This document shows positions 1-11,392 of a DNA stretch of 64,000 nucleotides, one piece after another. A model generated the notes under the pieces. That model saw only the letters and a list, made by a program, of their open reading frames with translations, made no database searches and was not told the DNA's origin. Within the stretch, counting starts at the first letter, position 1. Each line of letters starts with the position of its first letter. The position numbers and the translations under genes were made by a program. Origin of the DNA: Betaproteobacteria bacterium (GTDB lineage Bacteria; Pseudomonadota; Gammaproteobacteria; Burkholderiales; CAIKXV01); NCBI GenBank assembly GCA_947458265.1, contig CANGYF010000008.1:36993-100992 (forward strand), read 5' to 3'.

Positions 1-301
1 CCATCGAGAGTTCGCCGGAGAACGGCAGCAGCGACAGCACGACGATGGTGAAGTCGAACAGGTTCCAGCTATCGCCGAAGTAGCGGCGCCAGGCCGGCGC
101 GACGGCAGCGAGCTTCAGCACGACCTCGGCGACGAAGGCTGCGAGGATCAGGTGGTGTGCCCATTCGATCAGGGTTCCTGCGCGCTCGACCACCGTGGCC
201 GATGTCTCGAGCCCGACCAGCACGCCGTTGAACACGATCAGCGCGATGATCAGCCGCTCGAAGCGCCTGTCACCTGTGATGCGGCGGGCCAGCAGGTTCA
301 T
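1..301 (-). CDS. ion transport protein (voltage-gated cation channel family), N-terminal part; gene continues beyond the window start
   Basis: Minus-strand frame absent from the ORF track because it has no stop inside the window. ATG at 299-301. Hand translation MNLLARRITGDRRFERLIIALIVFNGVLVGLETS...YFGDSWNLFDFTIVVLSLLPF resembles the S1-S3 segments of bacterial ion_trans channels. Confidence 0.6.
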   Translation of the reverse strand, partial: MNLLARRITGDRRFERLIIALIVFNGVLVGLETSATVVERAGTLIEWAHHLILAAFVAEVVLKLAAVAPAWRRYFGDSWNLFDFTIVVLSLLPFSGELSM

Positions 302-437
302 CGGTCGGATACCTTGTTCATCGAATCGGTCATGCACGAGGGGGTGGCGTCTGCATCAGGGACGATGCGGCCTCGCCAGGGGGCTGCGCCGGAATATACC
401 GGCTCCGTGCCGGCCTGCGCGCAGCAGATATGCTTTC

Positions 438-466
438 AATAAGCATCATTACTTATTGTTAATAAG
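438..466. promoter_or_regulatory. AT-rich operator candidate with three half-sites, AATAAG-N8-CTTATT-N3-AATAAG
   Basis: Perfect hexamers at 438-443, 452-457 (inverted) and 461-466. AATAAGCAT is also directly repeated at 438-446 and 461-469. It lies in the 377-nt divergent region between the ion channel gene and the MCP gene, as an isolated AT-rich patch. Confidence 0.3.
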
Positions 467-678
467 CATGCAAGCGACTGCAACTTCCCCAGCTGCAGGC
501 CGTTACCTGTCCCGGGTGTCCGTGAAACCGCGGCTGCCCGATTCGATCGGCCTCGAATTCCGGCCGTTGTACCCGCAACCGTGCTCCCCACACCTCGGAG
601 CCGGTATCCAGCCGCACTAGACCAGGTGCCAGACTGCCTGCGACTTGACGATTCACCGCTCGACCGAAGGAACCCCAG

Positions 679-2526
679 ATGCCCGTCCTCGACTCCCACG
701 GCGACCGGCTCAATGCCGCGCTGGCATTGACCCTCCTCCCCGTTTCAGCCGGAGCAGTCCTGTGTGCTGCAGGTACGGCGCCCCTGGCGCTGGTCGCGGC
801 GCTGTTCGCGGTGAGCCTCGTCGCCGCCGGGTGGGGCTTGACGGTAGTCGCGAACCTGCGCCGCGAACTCGCGGCCGCAGCCACACACCTGCAGTCGGTC
901 GCGGCAGGCGGGGACGTACCGGCGGGCGCGCCGTTGACCGGCGAACTGGCGCCGGTCGCGCAAGGGATGGCCGGACTGCGCACCACGCTCGCCGCCGCCA
1001 GCGAGGACACCGAGCGCAACGGCCGGATCAAGGCCGCACTGGAGGCTGTGACCAGCAGCGTGATGATTGCCGATGCCGACAACCGGATCGTCTTCATGAA
1101 CAAATCAGTTGAAGCCATGCTGCTCGCCGCAGAGACGGACCTGCGCCAGGCGCTGCCCGACTTCGAGACGCGCAAGGTTCTCGGCTCGAACATGGACATC
1201 TTCCACAAGAACCCGGCGCACCAGAAGAGCATGCTGGCCGCGATGCGAACCACCCATCGCACGCAGATCACCGTGGGAAGACGCATCTTCAGCCTGGTCG
1301 CGACCCCGGTGCTCGACGACGCGGGCCGGCGTGCGGGTACCGTCGTGGAATGGGGCGATCGCACCGCCGAAGTGAGTACCGAGCGGGAGATCGACCGCGT
1401 GGTGCAGGCGGCCAGTGCCGGCGACTTCGGCACCCGCCTGGAACTGGAAGGCAAGGACGGCTTCTTCAGGACACTCGCCGTCAACATCAACCAGTTGCTC
1501 GAAACCAGCGACCAGGGCCTTAACGAAGTCGCGGCCCTGCTGCAGGCCTTCTCCGAGGGCGACCTGTCCTATCGGATAGAACGCGAATACGAAGGCCTGT
1601 TCGGGAAGGTGAAGGAATGCGGCAATGCGACCGCGGAACAGCTCACGCGCGTGCTCGGTGAAGTCACCGCGGCCGCCGATGCGCTCACGGGCGCGGCGAA
1701 CCAGGTGAGCGCAACTGCCCAGTCGCTCGCGCAATCGGCGAGCGAACAGGCGTCCTCGGTCGAGCAGACCACCGAGTCGGTCGATGCCATGTCGGCCTCG
1801 ATCAACCAGAACACCGAGAATGCGAAGATCACGGACGGCATGGCGACGCAGGCCAGCAAGGAGGCCGGCGAAGGCGGTTCCGCCGTTACCCAGACGGTCA
1901 CGGCGATGAAGCAGATCGCTGCCAAGATCGGCATCATCGACGACATCGCCTACCAGACCAACCTGCTCGCACTCAACGCAGCCATTGAAGCCGCGCGCGC
2001 CGGCGGCCACGGCAAGGGCTTCGCCGTGGTGGCAGCCGAAGTGCGCAAGCTGGCCGAACGCAGCCAGGAGGCCGCGAAGGAAATCGGCGACCTGGCCGGA
2101 CGCAGCGTGTCCACCGCCGAGCGCGCAGGCAAGCTGCTCGACGAGATCGTGCCCTCGATCCAGAAGACCTCTGAACTGGTGCAGGAGATCACCGCAGCCT
2201 CGTCCGAACAGAGCCATTCCGTGACCCTGATCAGCGGCGCGATGTCGCAGCTGAGCAAGGCAACCCAGCAGAACGCATCCGCGTCGGAAGAGCTGGCAGC
2301 GACCTCGGAGGAGCTTTCGGGCCAGGCCTCGCAGCTCCAGGAATCGGTGTCGTTCTTCGTGGTCGATGGCCGTGCGGGTGCGGGACGCAGCACGCGCGCC
2401 GCGGCGCCGGCACCACGCGAAGAGTCGCGGCGCCGGCAAGAGGCGGCAAGCGACCTTTTCAAGCCCGCGGCGAGGGCCGCGTCCTGCCCGATGGGTGGCG
2501 GCAGCGGAAACTTCCGGCCCTACTGA
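679..2526 (+). CDS. methyl-accepting chemotaxis protein with a cytoplasmic PAS domain (Aer2-like architecture)
   Basis: 615-aa ORF. It has two N-terminal hydrophobic helices, a HAMP-like segment, a PAS domain ([18 protein letters not shown]...FHKNPAHQ...VVEWGDRT) and a second HAMP. The MCP signalling hairpin is canonical: [38 protein letters not shown] long C-terminal tail ends in NFRPY. Confidence 0.9.
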   Translation: MPVLDSHGDRLNAALALTLLPVSAGAVLCAAGTAPLALVAALFAVSLVAAGWGLTVVANLRRELAAAATHLQSVAAGGDVPAGAPLTGELAPVAQGMAGLRTTLAAASEDTERNGRIKAALEAVTSSVMIADADNRIVFMNKSVEAMLLAAETDLRQALPDFETRKVLGSNMDIFHKNPAHQKSMLAAMRTTHRTQITVGRRIFSLVATPVLDDAGRRAGTVVEWGDRTAEVSTEREIDRVVQAASAGDFGTRLELEGKDGFFRTLAVNINQLLETSDQGLNEVAALLQAFSEGDLSYRIEREYEGLFGKVKECGNATAEQLTRVLGEVTAAADALTGAANQVSATAQSLAQSASEQASSVEQTTESVDAMSASINQNTENAKITDGMATQASKEAGEGGSAVTQTVTAMKQIAAKIGIIDDIAYQTNLLALNAAIEAARAGGHGKGFAVVAAEVRKLAERSQEAAKEIGDLAGRSVSTAERAGKLLDEIVPSIQKTSELVQEITAASSEQSHSVTLISGAMSQLSKATQQNASASEELAATSEELSGQASQLQESVSFFVVDGRAGAGRSTRAAAPAPREESRRRQEAASDLFKPAARAASCPMGGGSGNFRPY

Positions 2527-2544
2527 TCCAGGCCCGGACGCACG

Positions 2545-3354
2545 ATGCACACCCTCAGTGAAGATACCTTCCGGCGCATCACCGCCCTGATGCATGGTGC
2601 GGTGGGACTGTCGTTCAATGAGTCGAAGAAGCCGCTGGTATCGTCCCGGCTCGGTCCGCGCCTGCAGCGCCTCGGCCTGGACAGCTTCGAGGCCTATTTC
2701 GACCTGATCTCCCGCCCCGACGACGGGGGGGAGTTCCAGATGGCGGTCGACCTGCTCACGACCAACGAAACCTACTTCTTCCGCGAGCCGGCCCATTTCG
2801 ACCTCCTGGAACGCGAGCTCACCGCGACGAAGCCGGCTTCCGTCGCGGTGTGGAGCGCGGCATCTTCTTTCGGCGACGAGGCCTACAGCACGGCCATGCT
2901 GCTTGCCGACCTTCAATCCCAGGGGCGCATCGGAAGCGGCTGGTCGATCCTGGGCACCGATATCAGCGACCGCGTGCTGCGCAGCGCGATCGAGGCAACC
3001 TACCCGGAAGAGCGGCTTCGCAACGTCAGCCCGCAGCGCATGCGCCGCTACTGTCTGCGCGGCGAGGGTCTCTCCGAGGGCATGGCGCAGGTGTCGCCCG
3101 AACTGCGCCGCAGGGTCAAGTTCGGCCAGCTCAACCTGTGCCGCCCGATCGAGAAGCTCGGCCCGTTCGACGTGGTGTTCCTGCGCAACGTGCTGATCTA
3201 CTTCGACGCGCCGACCAAGGTTGCCGTCGTGGACCGCGTGCTGGCCGAACTGCGCACCGGCGGCCTGTTCTTCATCGGCACCGCCGAGGGACGCGTGCCC
3301 TGTCGCACGCAGCTGCAGACGCTCGCACCAGGCGCCTTCCGGAAGCTCGCGTGA
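2545..3354 (+). CDS. cheR: chemotaxis protein methyltransferase CheR
   Basis: 269-aa ORF starting 18 nt after the MCP stop. CheR-type motifs are present: TNETYFFREPAHF, VWSAASSFGDEAYS and FLRNVLIYFD. Confidence 0.9.
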   Translation: MHTLSEDTFRRITALMHGAVGLSFNESKKPLVSSRLGPRLQRLGLDSFEAYFDLISRPDDGGEFQMAVDLLTTNETYFFREPAHFDLLERELTATKPASVAVWSAASSFGDEAYSTAMLLADLQSQGRIGSGWSILGTDISDRVLRSAIEATYPEERLRNVSPQRMRRYCLRGEGLSEGMAQVSPELRRRVKFGQLNLCRPIEKLGPFDVVFLRNVLIYFDAPTKVAVVDRVLAELRTGGLFFIGTAEGRVPCRTQLQTLAPGAFRKLA

Positions 3355-3857
3355 GCACGCCGGCGAACGCATCGCGCGGCACCCACCTACCTGCCCCTGC
3401 TGGCGTCGTGCATGTGCTCAACCCGGGCGATGTCGCGATCGGCACGCGCGACGACCGACTCGAGACGCTGCTGGGCTCGTGCATCGCGGTCGTGCTGACC
3501 GATCCGCGGAGAACGATCGGCGCGATGTGCCACATCGTCCACGGCCGCCCAGCGCCCGCCGGCGAGCGACATAACGCGGCCTTCGCGGATGTGGCCATGG
3601 AACGGATGTTCGCGTTGATCCGTGCACGCGGCATCACACCCGGTCTCTGCGAAGCGTACGTGTATGGTGGCGGGAACATGTTCCCCCAGGTGTTCCGGCA
3701 TGCCCATGTCGGCGACTGCAATGCAGCATGCGCATTGCAGGCTCTGGCTGATGCCGGCATCCGCGTGCTTGCGCGCGACACTGGCGGACAGGTCTATCGG
3801 CGGCTCTCCTGGACAGTCGGGCCATTACCGCCGACGGTGTGCGCGGTCAGCGTCTGA
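3351..3857 (+). CDS. cheD: chemoreceptor glutamine deamidase CheD
   Basis: GTG at 3351 overlaps the cheR stop (GTGA). The 168-aa product contains LETLLGSCIAVVL, MCHIVHG and VYGGGNMF, as in the CheD family. The longer track ORF from 2850 overlaps cheR and was trimmed. Confidence 0.85.
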   Translation: MSTPANASRGTHLPAPAGVVHVLNPGDVAIGTRDDRLETLLGSCIAVVLTDPRRTIGAMCHIVHGRPAPAGERHNAAFADVAMERMFALIRARGITPGLCEAYVYGGGNMFPQVFRHAHVGDCNAACALQALADAGIRVLARDTGGQVYRRLSWTVGPLPPTVCAVSV

Positions 3858-3921
3858 ACCCGGTTGGCAGTCGCGGCCCGGCAGCTTTACAAGCCTTGCA
3901 AAACTGGCGCACGATCGGCAG

Positions 3922-4575
3922 GTGACCGGCAAGCGAAGCATACAGAACGTCGTCCTGGTGGACGAGCAGTCCCTGTCCCGGGCCGCGCTGCGCGCGCTGC
4001 TCGAGCATGAACTCGACTGGCGAGTCGTCAGCGACTGTGCCGAGCCGGACGCAGTACAGGCCGCAGCCACCCATGCCGCGCCGGCCGTGGTACTGGTCGC
4101 GCTGCGCGACCCGCGCAGCGCACTGGCCCTGGTATCGCTGCTGGCAGCTGTGCCCGGGACGCCCTGTGTACGGCTGGACACCCGTGCCAGCCCGGATGCC
4201 GTCAAGTCGGCTTTCGATGCCGGCGCGCTCGGCTACCTGGTGCGCGACGACGGCGCGCCCGATCTCGCGCAGGCGCTGCACTGTGCGGCCACGGGCCAGC
4301 GCTACGTGAGTCCCCTCGCCTCCACCACGCTGGTCGACTACCTCCAGCGCCGCGCCCCCATGCTTGCGCACGACGCGCTGACACCCAGGCAGCTCGAGGT
4401 GCTGCGACTGGTGGCCCAGGGCAAGAACACCAAGACGATCGCACGCGACCTCGGCCTGAGCAGCCGGACGGTGGACGCGCACCGCTACCAGATCAGCCGG
4501 CGCCTGCAGGTGCACGACGTTGCCGGCATGGTGCGCTATGCGATCCACCATGCGCTGGTAGGCAGCGAGCCCTGA
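3922..4575 (+). CDS. LuxR/NarL-family DNA-binding regulator with a degenerate (pseudo-)receiver domain
   Basis: GTG at 3922 is in frame with track ORF 3622-4575. The N-terminal receiver-like fold begins VVLVDEQSL. The C-terminal LuxR HTH reads LTPRQLEVLRLVAQGKNTKTIARDLGLSSRTVDAHRYQISRRLQV. The start codon choice is uncertain. Confidence 0.75.
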   Translation: MTGKRSIQNVVLVDEQSLSRAALRALLEHELDWRVVSDCAEPDAVQAAATHAAPAVVLVALRDPRSALALVSLLAAVPGTPCVRLDTRASPDAVKSAFDAGALGYLVRDDGAPDLAQALHCAATGQRYVSPLASTTLVDYLQRRAPMLAHDALTPRQLEVLRLVAQGKNTKTIARDLGLSSRTVDAHRYQISRRLQVHDVAGMVRYAIHHALVGSEP

Positions 4576-4606
4576 CGAGCCCACCGCCACACCACCACAC
4601 CGCGAC

Positions 4607-7189
<2,583 letters not shown>

Positions 7190-7223
7190 GGTGCTGGATC
7201 CTCCGTGTCCCTGTCTGAGGCTC

Positions 7224-7252
7224 AGGTGGGGGGGCGGGAACGCGCTTTCAAG
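7224..7252 (-). promoter_or_regulatory. sigma-32 (RpoH) type heat-shock promoter of clpB
   Basis: The minus strand reads CTTGAAA-N14-CCCCACCT, against the consensus CTTGAAA-N13-17-CCCCATNT. The -10 element ends 35 nt upstream of the clpB ATG, and a GGAGGA ribosome-binding site follows. Confidence 0.55.
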
Positions 7253-7305
7253 GCCACGCTGCCGCCGGCACCGAGCATGACAACGCGCTCTGCTATCCTC
7301 GGAAG

Positions 7306-7617
7306 ATGGCTACAGCAGGCAGCGACCCTCAGGGAAAGCCCCGCGACACCGACGATGTCGCGGGCACTAAAGTGGCTACTGATGCGGCCACTGGTGCGGC
7401 CACTGACGCGGCTGGGGCAGGCCGCACGCGCAGGGCGGGACCGCTCACCGTGGCTCGCGCCGTGTTCGGGAGCTTCCTCGGCATCCGCAAGGCGCGCGAC
7501 CTCGAAACCGATGCCAGCTCGATCACGCCGGTGCAGGCAATCATCGGCGGGCTGATCGGCGCGGCGATACTGGTCGCCTCGCTGCTGGGCCTGGTGATCT
7601 TCGTCACCCGCGGCTGA
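7306..7617 (+). CDS. DUF2970 domain-containing small membrane protein
   Basis: The C-terminal half, [49 protein letters not shown], matches my recollection of DUF2970. The N-terminal 40 aa are low-complexity ([13 protein letters not shown], encoded by short repeats), so the true start may be later. Confidence 0.55.
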   Translation: MATAGSDPQGKPRDTDDVAGTKVATDAATGAATDAAGAGRTRRAGPLTVARAVFGSFLGIRKARDLETDASSITPVQAIIGGLIGAAILVASLLGLVIFVTRG

Positions 7618-7626
7618 TCGCCGCGT

Positions 7627-9156
7627 TCAGGCGCGCAGCACCCCTCGCCCGCCGGTGCCGACCTTCGGGTACGGATACATCATGCTCAGGGCGATGCTGC
7701 GGTTTGCGTCCTGCACGATGCGTACATGCTCGCGCCGAAGCTCGCGCGCATGGCGCAGGCCGCACGAGTGGGCGATCATGTCGATCTCCTTCGCCATGTT
7801 CTGCGCGTAGTGCGCAACGCGCAGGTACTTCTCTTCGACCACCAGCCCGCGCTGCAACCGGCGGTTGTGCGTGGTGACGCCGGTCGGGCAGGTATTGGTA
7901 TGGCAGCGCAGCGCCTGGATACAGCCCAGCGCCAGCATGAAGCCGCGTGCGGTGTTGACGAAGTCGGCGCCGGCGCACAGCGCCCAGGCGGCCTTCGCCG
8001 AAGTGACCAGCTTGCCCGATGCGACCACCCGCACGCGGTCGCGCAGGCCGGCCTCAATCAGCGCATCTACCACCCGCGGCAGTGCTTCGGTGATCGGCAG
8101 GGCCATGTGGTCAGCAAGCACCTGCGGTGCGGCGCCGCTACCGCCTTCGCCGCCGTCGATCACCAGGAAGTCCGGCGCGGCGTCCAGGCCGCGCCGCAGC
8201 ACCGCCTCGCACAGCTCGTTGATGAACTCCCAGCCGCCGACGGCAGTCTTCACGCCGCACGGGCGACCGGTCAGGTCGCGGATCATCATGACCTGGTCGA
8301 GCAACTGGTCGATATCGCCGATGTCCAGATGGCGGTTCGGGCTGATCGAGTCTTCATGGGCCGGGATGCCACGGATGCGGGCGATCTCCTCGGTCACCTT
8401 CATGGCTGGCAGCACGCCGCCCTTGCCCGGCTTCGCCCCCTGCGACAGCTTGATCTCGAACGCCCCGACCGTATGCCCGAGCTCGCGCAGCCGGTCGCGG
8501 TCGAGGCTGCCGTCGAGGCGGCGCACGCCGTACTTCGCCGTGCCGATCTGCATGATCACATCGCACCCACCCTCGAGGTGGTACGGCGACAGCCCGCCTT
8601 CGCCAGTATCCATCCAGCAGCCGGCTTCCTTCGCGCCCATCGAAAGGGCACGCACGGCAGGCGCAGAGATCGCCCCGAAGCTCATGCCGCTGACGTTGAC
8701 CACCGAGCGGCCGAGCAGCGGATAGCGGCACTGCCCCTCGCCGATGGACAGGGGCGGGGTGGGCAGGTGGTCGGTCTCGAGCACCGGGAAGGGCGCGTTC
8801 ACGAACAGGATCGCTCCCGGCTGACGCAGGTCGTAGGTGGAGCCGAAGCCGATGATCCCGCCCTCGTTCTTCGCCAGCCGGTAGACCCAGCCGCGGGTCG
8901 CGCGGTTGAACGGCATCTCGTCGCGATCGCCAGCGAAGAAGTACTGCCGGAAGTATTCGCCGAGGTTCTCGAAGAAATAGCGCAGGTGCCCGATCACCGG
9001 GTAGTTGCGCAGTATCGTGTGCCGCTGCTGCGTGATGTCGCGCAGCAGCACGAAGACCACTGCGAGCAGCACGACGAAACCGGCGATGGTGCCCAGTCCC
9101 CACGACACGACATGCGTGATGTCCGACATTGAGGATTCCCCGTGCTCGCGCAGCAT
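7627..9156 (-). CDS. FMN-binding glutamate synthase family protein (GltB domain 2-like), membrane-anchored
   Basis: 509-aa ORF with an N-terminal hydrophobic helix followed by glutamate synthase FMN-domain motifs: [28 protein letters not shown] and [13 protein letters not shown]. Confidence 0.85.
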   Translation of the reverse strand: MLREHGESSMSDITHVVSWGLGTIAGFVVLLAVVFVLLRDITQQRHTILRNYPVIGHLRYFFENLGEYFRQYFFAGDRDEMPFNRATRGWVYRLAKNEGGIIGFGSTYDLRQPGAILFVNAPFPVLETDHLPTPPLSIGEGQCRYPLLGRSVVNVSGMSFGAISAPAVRALSMGAKEAGCWMDTGEGGLSPYHLEGGCDVIMQIGTAKYGVRRLDGSLDRDRLRELGHTVGAFEIKLSQGAKPGKGGVLPAMKVTEEIARIRGIPAHEDSISPNRHLDIGDIDQLLDQVMMIRDLTGRPCGVKTAVGGWEFINELCEAVLRRGLDAAPDFLVIDGGEGGSGAAPQVLADHMALPITEALPRVVDALIEAGLRDRVRVVASGKLVTSAKAAWALCAGADFVNTARGFMLALGCIQALRCHTNTCPTGVTTHNRRLQRGLVVEEKYLRVAHYAQNMAKEIDMIAHSCGLRHARELRREHVRIVQDANRSIALSMMYPYPKVGTGGRGVLRA

Positions 9157-9293
9157 TGGTCGACAGACCGGTCTCGGTCGTGCTCATGACGGCCGGCATG
9201 CGCCGAAGGCCGCCGCTGCGCGATCATAAGGGCAATTGGCTAGAATCGTGGCGTGCAGCGCCTGCAACCCAAGCCCCACCACTCCGAATACCC

Positions 9294-10139
9294 ATGAGCT
9301 TCCCGCCAGCACTGATCGCCCGCCACGCCGAAGACGACGCCCGACGGGCCCTCGAAGAGGATGTCGGCAGCGGCGACCTGACCGCCGCGCTGATCGACGC
9401 GGGTACGGTGCTGCGCGCGCGCGTGATCGCCCGCGAGGCCGCCGTGCTGTGCGGTCGTCCCTGGTTCGATGCGGTGTTCCGGCTGGTCGATCCGCTGGCT
9501 TCGATCGAATGGCTGGTCGCCGAAGGCGAACGCGTGGCACCTGGGCAGGCGCTGTGCCGCATCGCCGGTCCGGCACGCGCGCTGCTCACCGCCGAGCGCG
9601 CGGCACTGAACTTCCTGCAACTGCTGTCCGGGGTGGCTACCCGGACGCGCGAGTATGTCGATGCGATCGCGGGCGCCCGGGCGAGTATCCTGGACACGCG
9701 CAAGACCCTGCCGGGGCTTCGCCTCGCCCAGAAGTATGCGGTGGTGACCGGCGGCGGCGTCAACCATCGGATGGGCCTGTACGACATGGTGCTCGTGAAA
9801 GAGAACCATATCGCGGCCGCGGGCGGCATCACGGCGGCGATCCAGGCGGCAGCGCGCGTCGCGCCGGGCAAACCGCTGCAGGTCGAGGTCGAAACCGAGG
9901 CACAGCTCGCCGAGGCGCTCGAGGCTGGTGCACCGCTGATCCTGCTGGACAACTTCTCGGTGGAACGGATGCATGCCGCGGTCGCATTCAACGCGGGACG
10001 CGCGCGGCTCGAGGCGTCCGGCGGCATCACCCTGGACACGGTGCGCGCGATCGCAGCCACCGGGGTGGACCGCATCTCGGTGGGCAATCTCACGAAGGAC
10101 GTACGGGCCCTCGACCTGTCGATGCGCTTCGAGGAATAG
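9294..10139 (+). CDS. nadC: nicotinate-nucleotide diphosphorylase (carboxylating), quinolinate phosphoribosyltransferase
   Basis: The internal ATG at codon 56 of track ORF 9129-10139 gives a 281-aa product. Motifs [22 protein letters not shown] and LLDNF are present. The upstream 55 codons are Arg/Pro-rich non-homologous sequence. Confidence 0.9.
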   Translation: MSFPPALIARHAEDDARRALEEDVGSGDLTAALIDAGTVLRARVIAREAAVLCGRPWFDAVFRLVDPLASIEWLVAEGERVAPGQALCRIAGPARALLTAERAALNFLQLLSGVATRTREYVDAIAGARASILDTRKTLPGLRLAQKYAVVTGGGVNHRMGLYDMVLVKENHIAAAGGITAAIQAAARVAPGKPLQVEVETEAQLAEALEAGAPLILLDNFSVERMHAAVAFNAGRARLEASGGITLDTVRAIAATGVDRISVGNLTKDVRALDLSMRFEE

Positions 10140-10164
10140 AAGTCGCGGCGCGTGGCGCATCCGG

Positions 10165-10180
10165 TGGCATGTCGCTTGCA
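10165..10180 (+). promoter_or_regulatory. sigma-54 (RpoN) type -24/-12 promoter
   Basis: TGGCATGTCGCTTGCA compared with the consensus TGGCACG-N4-TTGCW, with correct GG-N10-GC spacing. It ends 41 nt upstream of the ATG of the first TctC-like gene. Confidence 0.55.
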
Positions 10181-10220
10181 TGCCGTCCCACTCATTCCAA
10201 CCCTGACAGGCACCGAAACC

Positions 10221-11279
10221 ATGCTGCATCGATCCCTTGACCGTGCCCGCGCCGGCGCCGGCGCCATCCGGCAGCCCTCGCTGGCAACCGCCCTGGCAGC
10301 AACCCTCGCGGTGGTGCCGTTCGTCGTTCCCGCCGTTGCGCACGCGCAGGCTGTCGCAGGCTCGCCGCAGGCGCAGGCCTGGCCAGCGCGGCCGGTGCGG
10401 CTGGTCGCGACCTTCTCCCCCGGCGGCGGGGCCGACCTCACCGGCCGCATCGTCGGCGCACGGCTGGGCGAACTGTGGAAGCAGCCGGTCGTGGTAGAGA
10501 ACCGGCCAGGTGCCGGCGGCAGCCTCGGCGCCGAGATGGTGTTCCGAGCGACACCGGACGGACACACGCTGCTGGTCGTTGCCACCACGCACACCGTGAA
10601 CGCAGCGCTGCTGGCGAAACTGCCGTTCGACCTCGTACGCGATTTCAAGCCGGTGGCGCTGGCGACTTCGGCACCGGTGGCTCTGGTCGTGCATCCGCGG
10701 GTGAAGGCGTCCACGCTGCCCGAATTCACCGGTCTGCTGCGTGCCCAGCCGGACAAGCTCGACTACGCCAGCTGCGGCATGGCGAGCACCCATCACTTCG
10801 CGATGGAATCGTACAAGTTCGAGACGAAGACCGCCGCGCTGCACATCCCGACCAGCTGTGCCAATGCCGTCGCGATGGTGATCGGCGGGCAGCTGGACAT
10901 CGCCGCGGTCACCCTGGCCACGGCGCTGCCGTTCGTGCAGCAGGGCAAGCTGCGCGCGATCGCACTGGCCAGCCAGGTACGCTCGCCGCTGGCCCCCGAT
11001 ATCCCCACCTTCCGGGACTCGGGCATGCCCGAACTGAAGGGCTATGCGGTCGACAACTACTACGGCTTCATCGCGCCGCTGGCCACGCCCGACAGCGTCG
11101 TGTCGAAGATCGAGGCCGACGTCCGCAGCTCGCTGCAGGATCCCGATCTGCAGAAGCGGATGGCGGCCTCCGGCCTCGATCCGTTCTTCCGATCGGCTGC
11201 GGACACGCGCAAACTGCTCGCGGCAGACATCGAACGCAACCGGCGCATCGCCGCCGTGGCGAACATCAAGCCGGAGTGA
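10221..11279 (+). CDS. Bug-family (TctC-like) tripartite tricarboxylate transporter substrate-binding protein, paralog 1
   Basis: ATG at codon 24 of track ORF 10152-11279, downstream of the sigma-54 site. It has a signal peptide ending AVAHAQA and Bug-family blocks such as PGGGADLTGRIVG and ENRPGAGG. Confidence 0.85.
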   Translation: MLHRSLDRARAGAGAIRQPSLATALAATLAVVPFVVPAVAHAQAVAGSPQAQAWPARPVRLVATFSPGGGADLTGRIVGARLGELWKQPVVVENRPGAGGSLGAEMVFRATPDGHTLLVVATTHTVNAALLAKLPFDLVRDFKPVALATSAPVALVVHPRVKASTLPEFTGLLRAQPDKLDYASCGMASTHHFAMESYKFETKTAALHIPTSCANAVAMVIGGQLDIAAVTLATALPFVQQGKLRAIALASQVRSPLAPDIPTFRDSGMPELKGYAVDNYYGFIAPLATPDSVVSKIEADVRSSLQDPDLQKRMAASGLDPFFRSAADTRKLLAADIERNRRIAAVANIKPE

Positions 11280-11310
11280 GCGCGGGCAAGGCTGGCGCTG
11301 TCAAGCATAA

Positions 11311-11337
11311 GGCAGGTACGGCAGGCACGGCAGGTCC
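11311..11337. repeat. three tandem 9-nt units GGCAGGNNC in the spacer between the two TctC-like genes
   Basis: GGCAGGTAC, GGCAGGCAC and GGCAGGTCC are read directly from the sequence. A CATAAT hexamer follows at 11361-11366. Confidence 0.6.
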
Positions 11338-11392
11338 GGTTGCGGGGCGCCGACACAGGGCATAATCGTCCCTCTTTTTACGGAACGATCCC

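Noticed and set aside
1105-3372. 755-aa ORF antisense to the MCP and cheR genes
   Set aside because: Same reasoning: the plus-strand products carry canonical MCP and CheR motifs, and the antisense translation is low-complexity.
9129-9293. 5' extensions of the longest ORFs. Examples are nadC from 9129, glnE from 24203, tldD to 19207, mltB to 61280, lexA to 61861, ilvE from 27461 and the phosphomannomutase gene from 30664.
   Set aside because: The extensions are non-homologous Arg/Pro-rich sequence. They often overlap the neighbouring gene or its promoter, and family-typical N-termini begin at the internal starts I chose.
11328-11344. Second sigma-54-like element (GGCAGG...TTGC) ahead of the second TctC gene
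   Set aside because: The GG-to-GC spacing is 11 nt rather than 10. The GG belongs to the 9-nt tandem repeat, and a sigma-70-like CATAAT at 11361-11366 is a simpler explanation.
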